Source of the DNA: Octopus vulgaris
Lineage: Eukaryota
Assembly: GCA_951406725.2 (NCBI GenBank)
Contig: OX597832.1
Coordinates: 8,370,001 to 8,434,000, forward strand
Reading direction: 5' to 3'
DNA: 64,000 bases
This document shows, one piece after another, positions 11,425-25,909 of the stretch. The notes beneath the pieces are model-generated. The model was not told where the DNA came from, made no database searches, and saw nothing but the letters and a program-made list of their open reading frames with translations. The translations under genes were made by a program, and so were the position numbers. Numbering within the stretch: the stretch's first letter is position 1; every line of letters begins with the position of its first letter.

Positions 11425-11645
11425 AGAGGCGAGGAAGTGAGTGTTAGACTAAGTTAGAAAGCTGTGGTTACTAGGGCAACAAAACCCACACTTTGACAAA
11501 TGTTTGTCGTTTATCTCTTCCGCATATCTGCCTGTCTTCCTCCATCTCTCTCTTTCCTGCTTTCCCTCCAATTTCTCGGTATAGCGACGTTTGACAGCTT
11601 CGTCTCTTTGTCACTCTTTCTTGCACCACCTCTCTCACTGTACAT
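11425..11645 (-). repeat. Non-coding segment, inverted copy of 14601-14830
   Basis: Aligned by eye; ORFs 11471..11707(-) and 14543..14773(+) give near-identical spurious peptides. Confidence 0.9.
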
Positions 11646-11789
11646 CTGTCTGTATCTATTGTGATAAAGTGTTGACAGCCGCAAAAGTTTAAATATTCTC
11701 GCCACAAGTCTTTTAGAACGGTGAATTATTATCGCCTATACACCACCGAACAATCACAGCATATATTATTAATTAGATATATTGTGTTA

Positions 11790-11876
<87 letters not shown>

Positions 11877-12109
11877 GATACAGAGGTTTCACTAACACAG
11901 GGAAAAATATCGATGTTGCACGGACAACGGTCAGATCAAGAAAGAAAGAACAGGCTTGGCCGAGGCGGTCACGTGGGAAGAGAATAGAGAGAAGTAGAAG
12001 GAGAGGGACAGAAGAATTAAGGATGGGCTGCAAAAAAATGACAGGGACACAGTGGTGATGTCTTGTTATTATTTTTATTGAGTTTTTTATTTTATTTATA
12101 TTTGTGTAA

Positions 12110-12392
12110 CATTGTCCGTTTTTTTCCGTCCTCGTTTTTGTATACATTCGCTACTTTCTTCTAAGGAATCTAATGATCTTAGCTTAGTTTTACTTTGGGG
12201 CTGGCCAGACTGGAGCAAGAATCCCAAGAATAATCGGCCTAAATTGCGAGGATAATCCGGTGCTACACTGAGGAGAGAAAACTTCGAATGACCGATACTT
12301 GTTTTCTTTGTATCGTCTATCTTGATGTTATGTTGTCCCTATTTGTATCACCAAGCTGTCCGAATGTTTTCGTTCTCGTCCTATTTTGTATT
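12110..12392 (+). mobile_element. Penelope-type terminal repeat, homologous to 62895-63030
   Basis: Shared AAATTGCGAGGAT.ATCCGGT...ACTGA.GA...CTTCGAATGACC; abuts (TA)n. Confidence 0.55.
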
Positions 12393-12486
12393 ATATATAT
12401 ATATATATATATACATATATATTTAAATTATACCCCACTAGTAAGTTATATAGGTATATGTGTATGTGTATATAAATATTTATGAA

Positions 12487-12552
<66 letters not shown>

Positions 12553-12554
12553 TA

Positions 12555-12713
12555 CGACAGGCTTCTTTCAGTTTCCGTCTACCAAATCCACTCACAAGGC
12601 ATTGGTCGGCCCGGGGCTATAGCAGAAGACACTTGCACAAGATGCCACGCAGTGGGACTGAACCCGAAACCATGTGGTTGATTAGCAAGCTACTTACCAC
12701 ACAGCCACTCCTG
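12555..12713 (-). mobile_element. Major SINE, 5' half
   Basis: Reverse complement of the SINE head and core. Confidence 0.9.
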
Positions 12714-12719
12714 TATAAT

Positions 12720-12930
12720 TAATAAAAAACGAAGAAAAAAGGACAAGAAAAGAAAAACAACGCGATGACGAGGTATATCTAATGTATTAATAAGACACTC
12801 AGAGATCGATGAGAAATGGTGTTTTTTGTTTCGAGCATAGCTCTTCTTCAGAAGCAGGAGAAAGGAAAATCCATGAGAAAAAGAAGACGGAGAAAAATCG
12901 CCAAAAGTACACATGTAGTTACATTTTGGA
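12720..12930 (-). mobile_element. Penelope-type terminus with hammerhead core
   Basis: Minus strand CTGAAGA-a-GAGC-tat-GCTC-GAAA at 12829-12851. Confidence 0.55.
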
Positions 12931-12946
12931 ATGTGTGTTAATGTAT

Positions 12947-13101
12947 GAGTGGCTTTGTGGTAAGTTTCTTGCTTACCAACCACATGGTTCCGGGTTCAGT
13001 CCCACTGTGTTGCACCTTGGGCAAGTGTCTTTTACTATAGCCTCGGGCCGACCAAATCCTTGTGAGTGGATTTGGAAGACGGAAACTGAAAGAAGCCTGT
13101 C

Positions 13102-13187
<86 letters not shown>

Positions 13188-13405
13188 GTGTGTTTGTGTG
13201 TCTGTGTCTGTCCCCCTAGCATTGTTTGACAACCGATGCTGGTGTGTTTACGTCCCCGTCAATTAGGGGTTCAGCAAAAGAGACCGATATAATAAGTACT
13301 GGGCTTGCAAAGAATAAGTCCCGGGGTTGATTTGCTCGACTAAATGCGGTGCTCCAGCATGGCCGCAGTCAAATGACTGAAACAAGTAAAAGAGAGAAAA
13401 GAGAG

Positions 13406-13406
<1 letters not shown>
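12947..13406 (+). mobile_element. Major SINE, near full length
   Basis: Head, CCTTGGGCAAGTGTCTT core, internal (TA)n, tail TGACTGAAACAAGTAAAAGAG. Confidence 0.92.
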
Positions 13407-13448
<42 letters not shown>

Positions 13449-14193
13449 CACGTACACAAACTTAAGAGCCTCGGTGTAATAATATAAGATTTAAAAGATG
13501 CTTTGTACGCATACATACAACCATTCTCACAAACGCATCCATCAGTACATACACACACACTTATGCGCACACGCACTCATATCCATAGATACACATACAC
13601 ATGCAAACATACACACACATATACGCACACACACGCACACATACACATATATATATGCATTCATATTTACACCAAATCGTTTCGTCAATATATGTCAAGT
13701 GTGATGGGAAAAAAATTTCGAAGTTCATCTGGTGCAAAACAACTTTATAATAATAAGAAATACTTTTGATAATCGCATCTCTTGTATGTGATATTTAAAC
13801 TATAATTGTACAAAAGAGCCTTTAATGGAATAACACTATTTTCTTTGGATATGAAATTTGCATCTCCATTTAAATTAACATATATTGTATGAACCAGGTT
13901 TCGTCGTCGAGAACCAAATTAATTTAATAAATTCTTTTATGTTTAATTCCCTTTACCGAAGAATAACTACAAATTAAAAAATAAAAGAAAAGGTAAAAAA
14001 AACGTCAGAAAATAAGAAAATTCAATCAATATTGCCTTAAAATGGTAGACCGAAATTATGTCAAATAATACTTTTCAATAGTATTGATCTTTTTTTTTTT
14101 TGGCATGAGTTTATCTTATTCCCAGCTTGAAATAATATGAACACATGACGTCTTGCGATATGTAGAAGTTGTTGTCTTCGCCGTCGACGTCTG

Positions 14194-14340
14194 CATCATC
14201 ATCATCACTGTTGAAGTAGTAGTAGTAGTAGTAGAAGTAGTAGTAGTATTAGTAGTAGTAGTATTATTAGTAGTAGTATTATTAGTAGTAGTATTAGTAG
14301 TAGTAGTAGTAATAGTAGTGATGGTGGTAGTAGTAGTCAT
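14194..14340 (+). repeat. (CAT)n/(TAG)n compound triplet repeat
   Basis: Direct read. Confidence 0.95.
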
Positions 14341-14600
14341 TTTTGTGATTGTAGTAGTTGTGGTAGTGGGTTTTCCATTTGTCTATTCTCTGTACAAGTA
14401 AAAACAATTCTTAAATTTGGCGATGATAAAAACAACTGCAAATTTCGACTTATGAATCTATATTAATTGAAGAAGACACTTCCCCTTATCTCTTAGTCTA
14501 TCCTTAATTGCATGCTCCATAACGGCATACTGGTGAAATCCTTTGAATATCGGAGAAAATGCCTTACATCTTTCGCATTATCACATTCTGAAACTGAAAT

Positions 14601-14830
14601 GTACAATGAGAGAGGTGGTGCAAGAAAGAATGACAGAGAGACGAAGCTGTCAAACGTCGTTATACAGAGAAATTGAAGGGAAAGCAAGAAAGAGAGAGAT
14701 GGAGGAAGTCAGACTGATATGCGAAAGAGACAAACGACAAACACTTGTCAAAGTGTGGGTTTTGTTGCCCTAGTAACCACAGCTTTCTAACTTTGTCCAC
14801 TCACTTCCTCCCCTCTTTTTACCTGTCGTT
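14601..14830 (+). mobile_element. 230-bp insertion flanked by a 20-bp direct repeat, inside an old OK-like SINE
   Basis: TCACATTCTGAAACTGAAAT at 14581-14600 and 14831-14850. Confidence 0.85.
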
Positions 14831-16097
14831 TCACATTCTGAAACTGAAATTTGCATTTCATCTCTGAAGGATCCATAAAATAAAGTGCATGTATAATAAC
14901 TGTAATCCATTGTATCTGCTTATGACACTCCTCTCGAAACCAATGATTTGCGCCTAAATCAGAAATACTTATGAGTTTGAACACCTTTGAATGGTGATGC
15001 ACGATGTCTTAGAAATTTGGTACACAATATTTTATTGCTGTTTGCCTCTCTTGCTTTGATATAGAATGTCTCCAAAATTATTGAAGCTATGAGAAACACC
15101 AATATCTGTATTGAATAGAACGCCCAGTATACACGCTTGCACGTATTTATTTGTGTATGTATTTATGTACGCATGTATGCATATGTGTATTTATGTGTGT
15201 ATATATGCATATATGAATGTATGTAAGTATGAGCACGTATGCAAGTGTGGGGATATATTTGTGCATGCGTGCATGCATATTTGTGTATGCGAATGTGAGT
15301 GGATGTGTATAGGTACAGCACTGACCAATGGTGAGGTAGTTTACTTCGAAATCTAGAGGGACCACGGTTATCTCCATTCCATGCATTCTCAGATACGTTA
15401 TATCCATTCACCTAGGATTGACCCATATCATGAATACAAAGTTGTATCAACAGAATCTATAGAAACCCATGAGGATGATTGTAATTGTAATCTTCAAAAT
15501 AGGTGGGATGTAAAGAGAATATACCCGTCAGGTATATTCTCTTTACATCAAAAATGACTGGTCATGTTATACGATACTCCGTCGATTCTAACAGGAAATA
15601 AAGGTATTCACGTCTCTGAAATATATATATATTAGTAAAAAGAAAATCATACGGAAGAAGCAACGATAATCCATGGAGCTTCATGGGATTATTAGAAAGG
15701 GAATATCACTAGTAGAATCACTACCGCAGCGGACAAAATGCATAGCAACATCTCCGTGCGATTTGAGCTCAAATGCCAACGGGGACGATTACATTCGGGG
15801 TCGATGAAAAATAAGTACAAATTGGGTAATGCATTCGATCTAATCGATTTACAACCATCAACAAAATTAATGGTCTGGAGGCACTATTTGAATCAAAAAA
15901 TCATTGGTGTATAAGTGAAACAAGGGAAAACTTATAAAGTAAAACGTATAGATGAAAAAAGATCCATTCCGACAACGTCCGTGAATGTATGCGAACAAAA
16001 TTACCTACAAACGAAACGAAATAAAGAGATAAGAAAGCACATGAAGGCTATGGCAGAACCAGGAAAGAATGCACGTGGATAACTACAGTTCCATCTA

Positions 16098-16169
<72 letters not shown>

Positions 16170-16306
16170 ACTATTTGTCTAATTTATATATCTCTCTATC
16201 TATACATACATAAACACATATAGACACCTTTACTACATTTGCATATACACATGCATATACGTATACAAATACATGTATATATACATATATATGTATATGT
16301 ATGTGC

Positions 16307-16403
<97 letters not shown>

Positions 16404-16619
16404 TATATATACATATGCATACACACACACGCATATATATATATATACATATACATACAAATACAGCCACCACACCCACACCCACTCAAAACTGCACATA
16501 CAAACATACCACGCACTCAAACGCACACACACAAATGTGTATTGTGTATTATTTATGCTACGCTTTCGGAGCTCGATTTCTTTCATGGTTTGAAACCTTT
16601 TATGATTTGAAACTTTGAT

Positions 16620-17260
16620 GCTTTGAATCCTAAGGCCTTAAGCTAAACTTTGGTCTACAAACTGATATGTAGTTTGGGTGATGAGGACGAGATCATCTGC
16701 AACTTGGAGGTGTGTAGGTATTTAGCCATTTATATTCACTCCACCTGTCCAGTCAATGTCTCTCAAACCATTTATAGATATTTGGGGAAAATATATGGAG
16801 GAATGGCTTTTAATGACATCTCATGATATTGTTCATCCACATCAGTGTTACCTGAAAAGTTTGCATCCTTGAGCAGTTTGGCGCATTGTACCTTGGCGCC
16901 TTCCGTTTCCACAACTCCAGTTCATTTCGACACTATCCTAAGATTTCCTTGTCTACGAAAGCGATGCACCGAAGCGTCTTTTATTCTTTTGCTTGTTCTA
17001 AAAGTTGTGATAGATTGGAGATATGATTCATCATACTGTAGCTCTTAAGGAAATTTGTTTCCTCACTCGGTGGTCTGAGCATATTTTACTAATTTTTCCA
17101 ATATCAATTTTCGAAACTGGAGATTGAATAAAGTGGATTGCAGAGTAATGTGTCTCGTATAACTGGCAGAATAAACATCTTCGTTAAGGATTCGAAGCAA
17201 ACATTCTAATTGCTTTACGAGATTAAAGTTCTAATTGATTTACCAGATCCGACATGATAG
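16620..17260 (-). mobile_element. Old RTE-clade reverse transcriptase remnant
   Basis: Minus-strand peptides PSEETNFLKSYSMMNHI, LSQLLEQAKE, CIAFVD, DSVE, IDWTGGVNING and HLQVADDLVLI. Confidence 0.75.
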
Positions 17261-17438
17261 CAAAAAAAAATGTGAGTAAATCTTTCCAGTCTTTGGGTTA
17301 CGAGAAGGAATGTAATCAAAAATATAGTAAATAGCGACGTGGTCACTTCTAGACAGCAATGTTATCAATCGACGGCACCGGACTATGTAACTAACGCAAC
17401 AATAGCTTTACTAACCTCTTCACCATCATTATCGTCAT

Positions 17439-17486
<48 letters not shown>

Positions 17487-18044
17487 TGTCTTTGTGGTGG
17501 TGGTGTGGTTGTCATCCTTATTGACGTCGTCGTCTTTATCAGCATCAAAAGGCATCAAAATCATAATTACTATGGTCCTTACGATAACGTTCATCTCCTC
17601 ATTGGCGTTTTACCTTCCTATTTAAAAAATAAAGAACAAACAAAAAATCCTCTCAAAGACAAATTAAAAGAAAAATTACTAATCTGAGCGAGAGTGACAA
17701 CAAGATTATCTGCACTTTCGATCTTTTTCGCTTCAGATTTCCTTCTTTCTTATCTATTCACAGAAATTGTATTAGTAATTTCAGAAATTCCCGTTAGCTA
17801 TACTAGTGGATAAATGACTCATTGAAACCTGCTGAAACCAAAATAAGCAATAGCCATCAGCAAATTTTAAAAAAAATCAAAAACTTTAGAAGACAGAGGG
17901 AAGTATAACACGAACACACACAAACACAGACATACAGAGACACACACACATATGAATATAAGTATATATACACAGGTGCACCCACCCGCAAACATGTATA
18001 TATATTCGTATACATATACATACACATATATTCGCATATACATA

Positions 18045-18116
<72 letters not shown>

Positions 18117-18297
18117 CTCTCTCACACACACATATGTATGTATGTACATATAGGCTACTGAGTATAAATTTGAAACCTGACTAAAACATCGCTATCATAA
18201 CCTCGACAATGTAGTAATGATCTTTAGCTACAGTAAGACGGGAAGCCTATCAGAAACATGACTCACTATTTCTAGCATACACATACACAGATGTATG

Positions 18298-18344
<47 letters not shown>

Positions 18345-18849
18345 GTGTGTGTGTGTGTGTATGTATGTACGTATGTAGTAGCACCAGAGATGGAGGGGAG
18401 AGAAAGGAAGGAGTAAAACCTGAAGATATACTACGTAGACACCACTGGCTCCTTGTTTCTGTTCATTGACTTTGGCGTCTGACAAATGATCAAGAAGTGA
18501 AACGTGAAAATGTCGTAGTTAAGGAATATGCGATATTTTTCTCCAGATAAATAAAGACTGCATCATATATTGACTTTTGCTCCCGACTATACACATTTGT
18601 GTTATGGTGACACAGGTGTAATTGACGGGGTTTTTGATGGTGCTGGATTCATTTTTAAATACTATCGTCAGTATTAATTGATCACTTCAGCGACATCTGA
18701 CACCAGCGGCATCGTCAAGATGAACTTCCCTACGCTTAACAGTAGGATGCCTACCTTATACAATCTCATAGAGAAATACAATGATGGACTCAACAACCAA
18801 ATCAGACGCTAGACTCTGGCAGCGAAGAGTCCTTTTAGAAAGTCTGTCA

Positions 18850-19100
18850 CCCATCGATCCATCGACCCATCGATCCACCGATCCACCGATCCATCCACCG
18901 ATCCATCCATCCATCCATCCATCCATCTATCCATCCATCCATCCATCCATCCATCCATCCATCCATCCATCCATCCATCCATCCATAAATCCATCCATCC
19001 ATCCATCCATCCAACCATCCATCCATCCATCTATCCATCTAACCATCCATCCATCTAACCATACATCCATCCATCCATCCATCCATCCATTCATCCATAC
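18850..19100 (+). repeat. (ATCC)n microsatellite
   Basis: Direct read. Confidence 0.97.
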
Positions 19101-19114
19101 ATACATACGTACAT

Positions 19115-19270
19115 ATCTCTTCGAAAATAAAAGTAAAAGAGGATATATACGGACAGCTGCTTCGAAACCTCCAGCTTCTATATCCAGACTATGAATTCAT
19201 ATTCATACCAATCATAATTGGAGCACTAGGTTTTGTTAGTAAATAATTAAAGGAGAATCTGTATAAACTG
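19115..19270 (+). mobile_element. 3' remnant of an RLE-encoding LINE
   Basis: [38 protein letters not shown] resembles a restriction-like endonuclease C-terminus. Confidence 0.65.
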
Positions 19271-21029
19271 TATTATGTTTTTTTCAGGTAAACTTACATC
19301 TAACTCTTCAAAGAAGGCTTCAAACGTAGCTAGTAGTAACTTCTCTTGAAAACGGACTAAAGTTTACATCGTTGTATCAAGTACCTTTTAAAGTAACTGC
19401 AGAAAAAAGGGTTAGCCCGCAAGTGTATTCATACTGGTATGTTTGAAACGTTAGGGCAAGACGCTCCAGCTTTCACACCAATCCAAAAGTGGACAGTTTA
19501 TATATAATCATAACAAAACCAGTTTGAAACATAGAGAGGGTTACTAATAATTTTCGAAACATATACCTAAATGGCGGTGCCCCAGCATGGCCACAGCTCA
19601 TGAGCTGAAACTAAAATCAATCAATCTATATGATGATGTAGCAACGTATTTTACAAGATATAGATACTAAGATACGAAGTCCTCTTAGTGTGTCAGTTGA
19701 TTTTCTCCGCTAAATCATCTTTACTATCATTCCTATGTAAATGTTCGATGTAAACATTAAATCGTGGCTTTATAATGAGTATTGCTCAATTAGGTCGTAA
19801 TGAATATTGAAACAGAATACGAGAGGAGGAAGATGAAAAAGAAAATGACAAATTGCAATGTTTGGTGAGATAAATAAAGAGTATGAAAAGAGTAGAGAGC
19901 CAAAAATATATCGCAAAATGGCAGCATTGGCAGAAATATGGAGAAAGAGGGAGACAAAGAAAGAAAAATACAAAAAAAAAAACACAAGAGAGTGCAAAAG
20001 TCACACTGCTAACATAACACTGCTACAGCGTTTCAGCGAGACGAAAAAGTGCTGAGAATTAGAGAAGAGGGGGAAAACTAGAACGATTTAAAAAAACAAC
20101 AAAAAGCGGTAGAGTGCTCATATTAAACTATTGAGGCATCCGAGCATGTGAGATAAAAAAAAAAAACATTAAAAAATAAGAAATAGTACCACAATAGATT
20201 AAAACATCCGACAGGATAATTGCATATGTCACCCGCCAAAACTGAATTCTTTGACGGAGGCTGATTAGATATATCAGATTATAAAGGTTATATTGAGAGA
20301 AAATGCCTTTGCCAGAAGGTAGAAAATTTTAATTTATATAAATGGGTAAATTTCTATATTGCATTTGTTATTATAATTCATATTATATTAGAAATATTCA
20401 AATTACACGCAATATTTATTTTTTTATCTTGACCAGAAAGTTAGAAGGTGACATCAATCATTTATAATAAGACATTTGGCAACACTTGGCTGGTCATTAT
20501 TTCATTGACTTCAAAATGATCACAGATTAGAATCGATCTCTGGGCGTTTCGACTTCCCGGATTAAAACGTTTTGCCTGACGATATAATGAGTCTGGCAAT
20601 CTCCCGTTTTCATCTTCTATGCTATTAATATAGAGTTTTAACTGTCATGCTGGGTTAATTACCTGACTAACTATGCCATAACGATACAAAAAGTATAATC
20701 AATTGTAAAAAAAAATAGCAGAAAATTTGATTTGAAGACGTAATTTTATATCATTCAAGATTGACAGGCCGTGTATAATTTTGATTGACATAAGGGACAT
20801 GGGCAACATGCTGATATGTAATACAAAATCCCACTTCAATCAGTTTCAATTTCGTATCTCAAAAGAATGCTTATAACTTTGTATTACATTGAACGTTCCA
20901 GAAGTTTTGAGACTTTTTGACACTATTTTTTAGGAAAGGCAGTTCTAACACTTGTAGATAATTGTACTTTTAGTATATCATTCTATATTTATAATAAGCC
21001 TATATTCCAAATTGTTGTCCTAGATTGAA

Positions 21030-21772
21030 ACGGAGGGCTGTAACAACTCTTCGAACACGCCCTAATACCCATTACTTCTCACGGCTGACTAGTTCACAGA
21101 ATGTAGTCCGGGTGTGGCAACAATTTAAGCGTTCGCTATGTAATTAAGTTTGGGGTTAAACTGGACACATGCACTACAGAAGATTATGAAATGCTCCAGA
21201 CTGCTTTGTGGATTAGCATGTTTGAGCTGGTCATTTTGTTTTACACTGAACACAAGATGGCAGGCAAACAAGTCTCCTGGAATGAATATGATGATCTCCT
21301 TTTTCTACAGGAAGGGTATATTTTACATCTACTGTGATCTCTCTGAATATATGGTTGTGGAGGCTTTGAGGGAGGTCAGGAAAAGATTTCGTTGGAAAAG
21401 GCCAGAGCTTACTACTGAAGTCGGTAGAACCTATAGCAGATTAATGCACTAGACCACTTTTCTATACTGGTAATCAACTACTTGACAGAGATGGGAATTT
21501 AAACTATAACTCACTATCCCTACAGTCCAGGGCTTGCTGCCCGTGACTTTCGGTTGTTCCCGAAAGAAAGAGCGAAAAAGGCCGTGACAAGGGTCCTAGA
21601 CATCTTCACATTGAAGTAATTTCATATGGCTTTCACAAGCCAACTGGAGCACAGGAACAAGTGCATCGAAGTTCGATGATCATTTTTCGGAAGAGATTGA
21701 AGTTTGGTATTTCTTCGAAATGATTAAATGTCTCACTTGAAAAAGTCTCAGAAATTCTGTAGTGCACCTACC
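21030..21772 (+). mobile_element. Internally deleted mariner remnant
   Basis: YEMLQTA, EALREVRKRFRWKRPE and HYPYSPGLAARDFRLFPK (a YSPDLAP.D variant). Confidence 0.75.
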
Positions 21773-24019
21773 AAGTGTCCTTGAAACTATTACATGGTTA
21801 TATAGTAATATCATTTGTAATATATTTTCAAGAGTTAAAACAAGTGTAAACATAGCTGATCGTTACTTAAATTATCTTCTTAATGATACTGAATGCATAT
21901 ACAGAGAGATTAAACTATCGGAATTTTCGAAATTGTGATGGAAATTATTAGGATAGTGTTTGTCATTCCATTAATCTTTTGGATTATTTGCCGTGTTGTT
22001 TCGTTCGGTTTTCATATGAAATTCAGCAATTGGGCACAATAATGTAATCCCTGAATTACAGTTCGTTAGTGTGTTAAGTTACATCTCAAAATCATATTTA
22101 TAACAATGCGATGATTACTGCATATATTAACACAGAAGATCAGTTAAACTCTTTGTTTTAAACGATTTATCTGATTTATCTCAACAAGCATACCATGACT
22201 ACATTAAAAATCGGTTTAGTTTTCTTCCATTACATATTAGGGAAACGCCTTAATGTAATGTCATTTGACTGGATTTTTACACAGAATATTTTCACCTCGA
22301 GTGCGTTTTCTTAAATCATCGTGACTGACGCCAGCAATACCATAACCACTAACCACACATGTAGTTCTGGCGCTTATGTGGACAATCTAAGATGACATAA
22401 ATATTGTACTCACTTCGTTTGCTTGTTTGCTCTTTGCTTTTAGATCAGCATGTACTTTGGCTCTTTCAAAAACAAAACAAAATAAATAAATAAAACTCGC
22501 AAAATCTCCCTAAATCGAATTAGAAAAAGAGAAACTATTTTACAATGAAGCAACTTTGATTACAGGCATATTTCTACGCCCGAAATATAACCATCACATA
22601 TACCAATCGTTAATCTAATTCCTGTGATGCCAGTTGACTTTGTGGGTGTATTCAAAACCAACCAAAACCTACAATTGAAACTCACAAAAACGTAAACAAG
22701 CCGATGTCACTATATTGACAATCAGACAGCTATTGTATATCTTCATATATTGATCAAACAGAGATTAGCGAAGAATATGAAATGCTGCTTAAATGCAGGT
22801 AAAAGCCAAAGTTAAGAAATTGTGTTTACATTTTGCCTAAGCTACCATTTAATAACAGTCATGTTTCGATGGAAGAGGAACCAAAAGCCAAATCTTCTCA
22901 TGCTACATGTACCTGTCCATACCGTTAGGGTCTATATCTATATAGAAATATAATAAATATTGAAATGCTAGTAGAAGCCTGTATACGGTTGCTGTCACTA
23001 TCAACAAGTGTATAGAAAATATATGCAGCGCACGGTGATGAAAGAAATTATGATAAGCAATCCGAGTCGTTATGGAAGAAAAAAAAATGCAAACTCCAAT
23101 GCAAAATCGAATAGTTAAATACTAGTATAGTGAGAAAGTTGTATAATCATTTCACAGCTACAGTTAACAATATATTCAAAAGGTAAAGTACTGCTTCGTG
23201 TCACACGAAGGAATAGCTTCGAACTATTAATAATGAAGATCAGATGTCTTGGTAATAAACTTTCTACTTATATAAGGAAAGAATTAAAAGTTCATATTTG
23301 ACAGTGACAAAGAAAGAAAAACAATTTCAACTCGCAAACTTCACACTAGTATTCTATATATCTCCATGTTCTTATCCACTGTGGATATAGATAACTAGGC
23401 AGTGACGAAAACATATAATTAGATAGTACTGCGAAACAAAAATAGTGTAAGCCAAAAAAAAAAAAAAAAATACCACGCAATGCTAAAAGGATATATGTCA
23501 GAGATTTCCTTTTAGAACATGACACTATTTCAAAACCCATTTGCATAATGAATCAATGATGCCAAAATTAGAGGTACACGATTGGTCTGTACAGGAAATC
23601 CGATGCAGAGATATTCATAAAACATGAAGGATACTGACGTGAAGCTCAATTTAAAAAAAGGCAAAAAAAAGCCGTATGGGTGTCGTATGTTACCACTCAG
23701 ATATGTTCTATACAGCGGTAACAACCAAGAACACAAAAATAAGCTGCATAATATACTATGGGTAAGTCAACACCTAAAAAGATACTCAGTCTCTAGTGCC
23801 ATCTGACCTAAACCCTGAGGAGGAGGAGAAGGAGTTTACCTCAATACAGATGTGGAAGTGTCTGGTCCTCTTGCTAGCGCTTGTCACGAGATATTTAAAT
23901 GGATATAGTTAATCAATGTTCCCAATACTGTGTGGTATAAGTATGGTACAAGCTTATGCCGCCATGAGACGGCTATCATGTGAGAAGATAAAGCAAAATC
24001 AAGCGACATGATTTTATTG

Positions 24020-24103
<84 letters not shown>

Positions 24104-25490
24104 AGTGTATGATGCCATCAAATGGAGAGACTGCTCTTGGATACTCATAAACGGTGCTTCTGTTATTGGATATATGGAATATAATGTAAAGAATTTTGTA
24201 CCTCTTGCAAACGTAAAATACTTGATATAATTATTTACGACGAAAAAGAAAAATCATGCCCTGAGCAGAGGTGAACAACTCTTCCAAAATTTGCAAGATG
24301 GAAAACGTTTTCGCACAACATCCTTGAAGCTGCCATCTTATCTACTCTGACTATAAATTCACGTTTATAAAAAGATTACAGTAGTCCTTCGCTATGTTAT
24401 TAAATGTTTAACTGAAAATTTGGTAAAGATAGTTCTATTTTTGCAGTCAACAAAACAGATATTACATATATTATGGACGCATTCTCTAAGCGGAACAGTG
24501 CAAAATATGGGCGTTTATCTCTAAAATACAACGTGCAACATTTATTTTCTGTTACCAAACCGTAGCAAAAAGCCTTTGTTTATTTACTTGAAACTAGCTC
24601 TTTGCTGGTCAGAAAAAATTAGAATTTAATTACTTAAAAGACACACACGCTCACACACACGCGCGTGCTCGCACACACACACACACTAATATCTATGCAC
24701 ATATATGCACAGCGTGATTTCAACATATAAGCCCTCAGTTTAGACGGTACTAACGTTTACTTTTCATGGAATAGACACTCATTCATAAATCCAGTTACAA
24801 ACCACACATTTAACTCGTTACACTTTTGCACATATTGCGTTTCAAATAAAATCACGTATTTATATATATATGCACTCCGTATACCCGCATATAACACGTT
24901 AGAAGTACTGGCTTAGCATTTGAGTCTTCTTCACAATATGGAATTCCAGCACAATATGAAAGGATATCAAAAATCAATGCATTGAATCATAATCCCTGCT
25001 TTGTATATGAAGTTAAGAATGAATGAATTCCGGCGAAGTACTTTGCATGTTACTGACAGGATTACTTAAGAAAACTAATCTTCGGAAAAGCACGATAAGA
25101 TATTTTGAATAAATCGCCTATTTCATTCGAGATTTATACAAGTTGTGTTGAAATCTCATTAAATGACTTTGTAGTGAATTAATCCTGGAACTGTTGACAT
25201 AACGCTCTTCTTTCTTGAATTTCAAAGTAACTTTAATTACACCGGGACGAAATGGTTGCAATATTGAAAGTTGAGTGAAATTGGTTTGATAAACACAGTA
25301 GTTGTTAAAATTGATTTGTTGTATGATTTAATGTATATTACTATATGTATTGTTTATTCAGAATGAGCTGCTTAGGACTTATACATTTCATATTTAAGTT
25401 CTTTCAATTTACGATTTCAGCGTTTAATATCAGTTATACTATATATAATTTTGTTGGTTGTCATTTCGGGTCTCATTGACCTGGAAATAT

Positions 25491-25909
25491 ACTCTTTCCT
25501 CTTTTACTCTTTTACTTGTTTCAGTCATTTGACTGCAGCCATGCTGGAGCACCGCCTTTAGTCGAGCAAATCGACCCCAGGACTTATTCTTTGTAAGCCC
25601 AGTACTTATTCTATCGGTCTCTTTTGCCGAACCGCTAAGTGACGGGGACATAAACACACCAGCATCAGTTGCCAGGCAATGCTAGAGGGACAAACACAGA
25701 CACACAAACATATACACACACACTTATATATATATATACATATATACGACAGGCTTCTTTCAGTTTCCGTCTACCAAATCCACTTACAAGGCATTGGTCG
25801 GCCTGGGGCTATAGCAGAAGACACTTGCCCAAGATGCCACGCAGTGGGACTGAACCCGGAAACATGTGGTTGGTTAGCAAGCTACTTACCACACAGCCAC
25901 TCCTGCGCC
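25491..25909 (-). mobile_element. Major SINE, full length
   Basis: Reverse complement of the complete head-core-tail unit. Confidence 0.93.

Noticed and set aside
23560-23900. Possible host exon (ORF 23624..23806)
   Set aside because: No recognisable domain and no convincing splice pair.
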